Positions 16,363-21,373 of a DNA stretch of 21,373 nucleotides are shown here, one piece after another. The stretch is from contig JBGAGQ010000085.1 in assembly GCA_044226625.1 (NCBI GenBank), positions 1 through 21,373 of the forward strand. The letters run 5' to 3'. The position numbers and the translations under genes are program-made. The notes below the pieces were generated by a model. It was not told the DNA's origin, did not search any database, and saw nothing but the letters and a program-made list of their open reading frames with translations. This DNA is from Thermoanaerobaculia bacterium (lineage in GTDB: Bacteria > Acidobacteriota > Thermoanaerobaculia > Multivoradales > UBA5704). Position 1 is the first letter of the stretch. Each line of letters starts with the position of its first letter.

Positions 16363-17391
16363 CTACTGCGAGCGCGGGACGGCGCGGAGATGCCCGATCT
16401 GGCCGAGCTTGCGCGGCGCGGCCAGCTCCGGCAGCGGAGTCAGCCCGACGTGGAAGCTCTCGCAGTGCTCCCGCAGCCGGCGCAGCTCCAGCTCGGGAAT
16501 GCGCCGAAACTCCTCGACCAGCCGCGGATCGAGCTGTCGCCCGGCGACGCGCTCCAGCTCCATCACCGCGGAGGCATGCGTCCCGGCGCGCCGGTACGGT
16601 CGATCGGAGGTGATCGCGTCGTAGGTGTCCACCACCGCGAAGATCCGCGCCGCGAGCGGGATCTCCTCGCCGACCAGCCCGGTCGGATACCCCTCGCCGT
16701 CCCATCGCTCGTGGTGGCTGTAGACGATCTGCAGCGCGGTCCGCTGAAGGAACCGGATGTCGGCCAACATCTCGAAGCCCCATCCCGGATGCTGGCGCAT
16801 GATCGTCCATTCGTGGTCGGAGAGCGGCCCGACTTTCCGCAGGATCTCGTCCGGCACGGCCATCTTGCCGACGTCGTGGAGCAGGCCGCCCCACTCGATC
16901 GCTTTGAGCTCCTCTCCTTCGAGCCCGAGCCTCTTGGCGAGCGCCAGCGCGTAATGGGCGACCCGGAACGAATGCCCCGCCGTCTCGTGGTCGCGCGCGT
17001 CGGCGGCGGCGACCACCGCGCCGAGCGCCTCGACGTAAGAGCGCTCCCGTTCGGTCTGCGATTCCTCGAGCGAGCCGAGCAGCCGCCGAATCGTCTGCTC
17101 GATCCGCAGGACCTCGCCGTTACCGCCGGCGGAGGGAAAATCGCTCTGCAGCTCGCCGCGCTCCGCCATCCCCGAGATGGTCTTGGCCAGGCGCCGCAGC
17201 GGCCCGATCTCCTGACGCATCAAAAGGAGGATCGCCGACGCGCCCGCGATTCCGAATCCAAGGGCCCATGCGACGAGGACGAGCGGCGTCCGCACCAGCG
17301 CAAGCGCGGCGGAAGCCCACGCGGCGCCGCTGATCGCCAGCGCGATCCACGTTGCGGAAAACAGGAAGATCTTCGCCCTCGCCGTCAACAC
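16363..17391 (-). CDS. Membrane-anchored HAMP + HD-GYP cyclic-dinucleotide phosphodiesterase
   Basis: Two N-terminal hydrophobic segments, HAMP-like PLRRLA…GEV, GHSFRVA, LHDVGK, HHERWDGEGYP, ARIFAVVDTYDA. Start placed at GTG 17391. Confidence 0.9.
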   Translation of the reverse strand: MLTARAKIFLFSATWIALAISGAAWASAALALVRTPLVLVAWALGFGIAGASAILLLMRQEIGPLRRLAKTISGMAERGELQSDFPSAGGNGEVLRIEQTIRRLLGSLEESQTERERSYVEALGAVVAAADARDHETAGHSFRVAHYALALAKRLGLEGEELKAIEWGGLLHDVGKMAVPDEILRKVGPLSDHEWTIMRQHPGWGFEMLADIRFLQRTALQIVYSHHERWDGEGYPTGLVGEEIPLAARIFAVVDTYDAITSDRPYRRAGTHASAVMELERVAGRQLDPRLVEEFRRIPELELRRLREHCESFHVGLTPLPELAAPRKLGQIGHLRAVPRSQ

Positions 17392-17506
17392 CGTCGCCTC
17401 GCGTCGTCTAGACCGGATTCTCTCGTCCTCTCCAGAAGCGACACCTGCGACGAAAAAGCCCCGTAGTACATAGCTTTTTCCAGCATTCGCCCTGGCGGGT
17501 GAGGGA

Positions 17507-17534
17507 AGTATACGCACAAAGGTTGACACTGCAA
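17507..17534 (-). promoter_or_regulatory. Putative housekeeping-sigma promoter of the HD-GYP gene
   Basis: Minus strand TTGCAG-N16-TATACT. Confidence 0.5.
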
Positions 17535-17585
17535 GGTGGAGTTTCGGGCAGGCGGAAAGCTGCGGGGCCGAGGATCGCTCCCGCG

Positions 17586-17624
17586 GCCCCCGCCCCGAAC
17601 GGTCCGCATCGCCGGGGCGGGGGC
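17586..17624. terminator. GC-rich hairpin downstream of the crotonase, probable terminator
   Basis: Perfect 12-bp inverted repeat GCCCCCGCCCCG / CGGGGCGGGGGC, 18 nt after the stop; no U-tract on the minus strand. Confidence 0.55.
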
Positions 17625-17642
17625 TTTCGATCCGATTGGGGC

Positions 17643-18419
17643 CTAGCGGCCTACCCAGTTGGGAGCTCGCTTTTCGAGGAACGCGGCCACGCCTTCCTTC
17701 TTGTCCTCGGTCGAGAAGCAAAGACAGAACAGATCGCGTTCGTAGGCGAGGCCTTCTTCGATCGGCAGCTTGTCGCTGTTGCGGATCGATTCCTTGGCGA
17801 TGCGAAGCGTCAGCGGGGAGAACGATCCGATCTTCGCGGCGAGCTCCAGCGTTTTCGCCCGCAGCTCCTCGGCCGGAAACGTCAAATCGACCAGGCCGAT
17901 CCGCAGCGCCTCGGCCGCGTCGATCATGTCTCCGGAAAGGATCAAGCGCATCGCCTGGCCGGTGCCGATCAGGCGCGGCAGGCGCTGGGTTCCGCCGCCG
18001 CCCGGGATCAAGCCGAGCTTGATCTCCGGTTGGCCGAACCGCGCCCGGTCCGACGCGATTCGAATGTCGCACGAGGAGGCGAGCTCGCAGCCGCCCCCGA
18101 GGCAGAAGCCGTTGATCATCGCGATCACCGGCTTCGGGAAGGTCGCCATCGCGTCGAAGATCCGCGGGCTGCGCATCGCCTCGCGCTGATCGAGTGGCGA
18201 GCGGCCAGCGAACTCGCCGATGTCCGCCCCGGCGATGAACGATTTCTCCCCCGCGCCCGTCACGACCACGGCGCCGATCGAGTCGTCCTTCTCGATCTCC
18301 GCGAGCACTTCGAGCATCTCGTCGCGTACCTGCTGCGAGAGGGCGTTCAACTTGTCCGGGCGGTTGATGGTCACGATCGCGACGCGGCCGTCGCGCTCCA
18401 GGAGTACGGTTTCAGGCAT
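17643..18419 (-). CDS. Enoyl-CoA hydratase (crotonase)
   Basis: INRPDKLNAL, FIAGADI, GFCLGGGCELA, FGQPEIKLGLIPGGGGTQRLPRLIG; both catalytic Glu present; GGAGGAG SD before ATG 18419. Confidence 0.93.
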   Translation of the reverse strand: MPETVLLERDGRVAIVTINRPDKLNALSQQVRDEMLEVLAEIEKDDSIGAVVVTGAGEKSFIAGADIGEFAGRSPLDQREAMRSPRIFDAMATFPKPVIAMINGFCLGGGCELASSCDIRIASDRARFGQPEIKLGLIPGGGGTQRLPRLIGTGQAMRLILSGDMIDAAEALRIGLVDLTFPAEELRAKTLELAAKIGSFSPLTLRIAKESIRNSDKLPIEEGLAYERDLFCLCFSTEDKKEGVAAFLEKRAPNWVGR

Positions 18420-18510
18420 CGGAATCTCTCCTCCCTGAGGGATGGGATGACGGATTGAGGGGCCCCGGGCGCGCGAACGTGCGTCCGCGGACACCCGCGG
18501 AAACAACCGT

Positions 18511-19284
18511 TCAGCGCTGCTTCCAGACCGGGGGGCGCTTCTCGAGGAAGGCCTGGATGCCTTCCGCCATGTCCTCGACCTGGCAAAGGTCGTCGAGATA
18601 AAGGTGCTCGGTCGCGTCGAGGGCCTCGTGGAACGGCAAGTCGCGGCCGGCGCGAACCGCCCGCTTGGTAAGGCGCGCGACCGGGGTGCTGTACTGAAGG
18701 AAGTCGCCCACGATCTGGTCCAGCTTGGCCTCGAGATCGGCCGCTCCGAGCCGCCAGTGGACGAGCCCGAGCCGCTCGGCCTCTTCGCAGGTCACGTTCC
18801 GGCCGGAGAGGAGCATTTCGAGCGTCCGTCCGGCGCCGATCCGCCGCGGATAGAGCGCCGCCGCCACCGGCGGATAGCAGCCGAGCTTGATCTCCGGCTG
18901 GCCGAACTTCGCCTCCCGCTCGGCGATCACCAGGTCGCAAGCCAGAGCGACCTCCATGCCGCCTCCCAGGCAATGCCCGTTGACCAGGGCGATCGTCGCG
19001 GCGTCCGAATCCGCGAGCTTGCGGATCGCCCCGTGCAGCCCCTGGAGCATCCTCTCGACCTTGTCCGGCGTGTGGTCCTGCACCGAGACGCCGGCGGAGA
19101 ACGCCCGCTCCCCCGCGCCCCGCACGACGAGCACGTGCAGGGCGTCGTCCCGCTCGAGATCGGCGAGGTGGCCGTCGAGCGCCTCGATCATCTCGAGGTC
19201 GAGGATGTTGAGCGGCGGCCGGTTGAGCGTGAGCGTGGCGACGCGGCCGTCTTCGCTCCGCGCGAGCTGGACCGGTTCGGTCAT
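18511..19284 (-). CDS. Enoyl-CoA hydratase/isomerase, cyclohexa-1,5-dienecarbonyl-CoA hydratase (Dch/BamR)-like
   Basis: LNRPPLNIL, AFSAGVSVQDHTPDKVERML, CLGGGMEVA, FGQPEIKLGCYPP; AAGGAGG SD; ATGA overlap with the upstream gene. Confidence 0.85.
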   Translation of the reverse strand: MTEPVQLARSEDGRVATLTLNRPPLNILDLEMIEALDGHLADLERDDALHVLVVRGAGERAFSAGVSVQDHTPDKVERMLQGLHGAIRKLADSDAATIALVNGHCLGGGMEVALACDLVIAEREAKFGQPEIKLGCYPPVAAALYPRRIGAGRTLEMLLSGRNVTCEEAERLGLVHWRLGAADLEAKLDQIVGDFLQYSTPVARLTKRAVRAGRDLPFHEALDATEHLYLDDLCQVEDMAEGIQAFLEKRPPVWKQR

Positions 19285-20036
19285 GGCGCCTCCTTGCCGT
19301 GGCGGCGGGCCGCCGCGGCGAAATCCTCCCAGAGCGCGCGCTGGTCGGGGAGGTCGATCAGATTCTCGGGATGCCACTGCACGGCGCGCAGCCACCACCC
19401 GCCGGGGGTGCCGGGATCGCCCGCGCCGCCGTCGAGGTCGAACGCCTCGATCAAGTCGTCCGGAGAGAGCGCCGCCGGGCGCAGGCCGCGTCCCAGGGCC
19501 TTGATCGCCTGGTGATGCCGGCTGTTGACCGCCACCGGACCCAAGGCCTCGCCGCGCGCGAGCAGCCGGTCGCCGAGCGGAGAGACGCCCGCCACCGCAC
19601 GCACCTCGTGCAGCAGCGCCGCGTGCGGCATCGTGCGATCGGGTGGTTCATGAGAAAGCTTGGAACCGACCTGGCTCGGAAGGTCCTGCCAGAGCGAGCC
19701 GCCGAAGTAGACGTTGATCACTTGGAGGCCGCGGCAGACTCCGAAGACCGGCAGGCCCCGCTCCCGCGCGAGGTCGAGCGCGCTCCACTCGAGCTCGTCG
19801 CGCTTCGGGATCGTCTCGACGTGCCCGTCGGGGAGGACCGCTTCGCCGTAGCGCGCGGGATCGACGTCGCATCCGCCGGAAAGTAGGACGCCCGAGACGC
19901 GCCCTGCGAGATCGCCGAGCCCCGAGCGTCCGTCAGGAGCGACGACCGCGATCTCGTCGCCCCGAAACCCGACGGCTCGGAGCGCCTCGACGTACGGCTC
20001 GGCCCTCTCCTCGGCGGAGGTCGTGAGGAGGATCAA
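19281..20036 (-). CDS. Class I glutamine amidotransferase-like, gamma-glutamyl-GABA hydrolase (PuuD/peptidase C26) family
   Basis: LLSGGCDVDPARYG, RDELE, GVCRGLQVINV, VNSRHHQ, VQWHPE (Cys-His-Glu triad); TTG start overlaps the thiolase stop. Confidence 0.9.
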   Translation of the reverse strand: MILLTTSAEERAEPYVEALRAVGFRGDEIAVVAPDGRSGLGDLAGRVSGVLLSGGCDVDPARYGEAVLPDGHVETIPKRDELEWSALDLARERGLPVFGVCRGLQVINVYFGGSLWQDLPSQVGSKLSHEPPDRTMPHAALLHEVRAVAGVSPLGDRLLARGEALGPVAVNSRHHQAIKALGRGLRPAALSPDDLIEAFDLDGGAGDPGTPGGWWLRAVQWHPENLIDLPDQRALWEDFAAAARRHGKEAP

Positions 20037-21223
20037 ACCCCCTCCCGCTCCACCAGGATCGCGATCCCCATCCCCCCCGAAATGCAGAGGGTCGCGATGC
20101 CGAGCCTCTCGCCCCGGGCGGCCATGCCGTGGAGCAGGGTGACCACGATCCTCGCTCCCGTCGCGCCGATCGGGTGCCCGAGCGCAATCGCTCCGCCGTC
20201 CGGGTTGACCCGCTCGGGATCGAGCCCGAGCCCCTCGACGCAGGCGAGCACCTGGCAGGCGAACGCCTCGTTGAGCTCGATCGACTCGATCTCCGAGAGG
20301 GAACGACCGGTCGTCAAGAGCAGCTTCTCGACCGCGGGCACGGGGCCGATCCCCATGATCCTCGGCTCGACGCCCACGACGCTCCATCCGGCCAAACGCG
20401 CCTCGATCTTCATGCCCCGCCGCTCGGCGGCATCGCGCGAGGCGACCAGCAGTGCCGCCGCCCCGTCGGTGATCCCCGAGGCGTTGCCCGCCGTGACGGC
20501 TCCGCCCTTGCGGAACACGGTCGGAAGCTTCGCCAGCGATTCGAGCGTCGCGCCGTCGCGCGGATGCTCGTCGGTCTCGACGAGGAGCGACCCCTTCTTG
20601 CCGGGAACCGAGATCGGCGCGATCTCCGCCTCGAACCGGCCGGCTTTGCGGGCGCGCTCGCAGCGGCTCTGGCTCTTCAAGGCCCACTCGTCCGACGCCG
20701 CACGGTCGATCCCCCGCTCCTCCGCCAGCTCTTCGGCGGTCTCCCCCATCACCAACTTCGACAGCGGATCGTCGAATCCGTCGCGGTACATGCCGTCGAC
20801 GATCTCCGCGTGCCCCATCCGGTACCCGGTCCGGGCACGCGGCAGGAGGTACGGCGTGTTCGACATGCTCTCGGTGCCCCCGGCGAGGATGATCTGAGCT
20901 TCGCCGAGCAGGATCGTCCGGGCGGCCGAGAGAATCGCCTGCAACCCGGAGCCGCAGGCCTGATTGACGGTGAACGCGGGCGAGTCGACCGGAACCCCCG
21001 CCCGATGGGAGATCTGGCGGGCGGTGTTCGGTCCGCCTCCCGCCTGCCGCCCATGGCCGAAGATCGTTTGGTCGACGACCGAGCCGGGGAGCCCGGCGCG
21101 GATCAAGCTGCCGGAGGCCGCGGCGGCCCCCAGGTCCGCAGCGGACAGGGGGGACAGCACACCCATGAATTTCCCGATCGGCGTGCGGACCGGGGCGCAG
21201 AGAACGATGTCGTCGGGGCTCAA
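20033..21223 (-). CDS. Acetyl-CoA C-acetyltransferase (thiolase)
   Basis: RTPIGKF, NQACGSG, GNASGITDGAAA, MGIGP, NEAFA, GGAIALGHPIGATG, LCISGG. Confidence 0.95.
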   Translation of the reverse strand: MSPDDIVLCAPVRTPIGKFMGVLSPLSAADLGAAAASGSLIRAGLPGSVVDQTIFGHGRQAGGGPNTARQISHRAGVPVDSPAFTVNQACGSGLQAILSAARTILLGEAQIILAGGTESMSNTPYLLPRARTGYRMGHAEIVDGMYRDGFDDPLSKLVMGETAEELAEERGIDRAASDEWALKSQSRCERARKAGRFEAEIAPISVPGKKGSLLVETDEHPRDGATLESLAKLPTVFRKGGAVTAGNASGITDGAAALLVASRDAAERRGMKIEARLAGWSVVGVEPRIMGIGPVPAVEKLLLTTGRSLSEIESIELNEAFACQVLACVEGLGLDPERVNPDGGAIALGHPIGATGARIVVTLLHGMAARGERLGIATLCISGGMGIAILVEREGV

Positions 21224-21373
21224 CGGGAGGCTCCTGGAGGGCTAGGCGTCCGGACGAGAGATCCTACAACGGGGCCCGGTCTCTTCCCCAAGCCGCTCTC
21301 TCAGCGTCTTTGCCAGATTTGCGGATCGCGCGAAGAATGGAGGACGGCGATCACCTGGATCGAGTCGGGATGG

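Noticed and set aside
21300-21316. Possible sigma54 promoter upstream of the thiolase (minus strand TGGCAAAGACGCTGA)
   Set aside because: The -12 position reads GA rather than the required GC.
21337-21373. Possible start of a divergent plus-strand gene (MEDGDHLDRVGM…)
   Set aside because: Only 12 codons before the window edge; cannot be supported.
1-21373. CRISPR arrays, tRNA/rRNA, transposases, integrases, prophage or defence genes
   Set aside because: No regularly spaced repeats or diagnostic motifs were seen; nearly all sequence is explained by the listed genes.

Overview
High-GC (roughly 70% by eye) bacterial chromosomal segment of mostly housekeeping and metabolic genes; no mobile element, CRISPR array, rRNA or tRNA is visible. 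Order: 3' end of a SpoIIE/PP2C phosphatase (+); FadI-type thiolase and CaiB/AMACR-like CoA-transferase (-); a divergent PIG-L-like hypothetical plus GT4 glycosyltransferase (+); a peptide/nickel-type ABC binding protein, two permeases and queA (-); Hsp20 (-); an orphan sensor kinase (+); a 55-aa CxxC/CxxC protein (-); rplU-rpmA-obgE-nadD-rsfS followed by a sensor-less, degenerate sigma54 activator-like gene (+); a HAMP/HD-GYP phosphodiesterase (-); and a thiolase, PuuD-like amidotransferase, Dch-like hydratase and crotonase operon (-). The best candidates for novelty are the PIG-L-like/GT4 pair with a rewired active site, the probable pseudo-ATPase enhancer-binding protein coupled to the ribosome operon, a 128-nt structured intergenic element, and a SigR/SigH-like promoter at hsp20. 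All calls are from motif recognition only; no searches were run.
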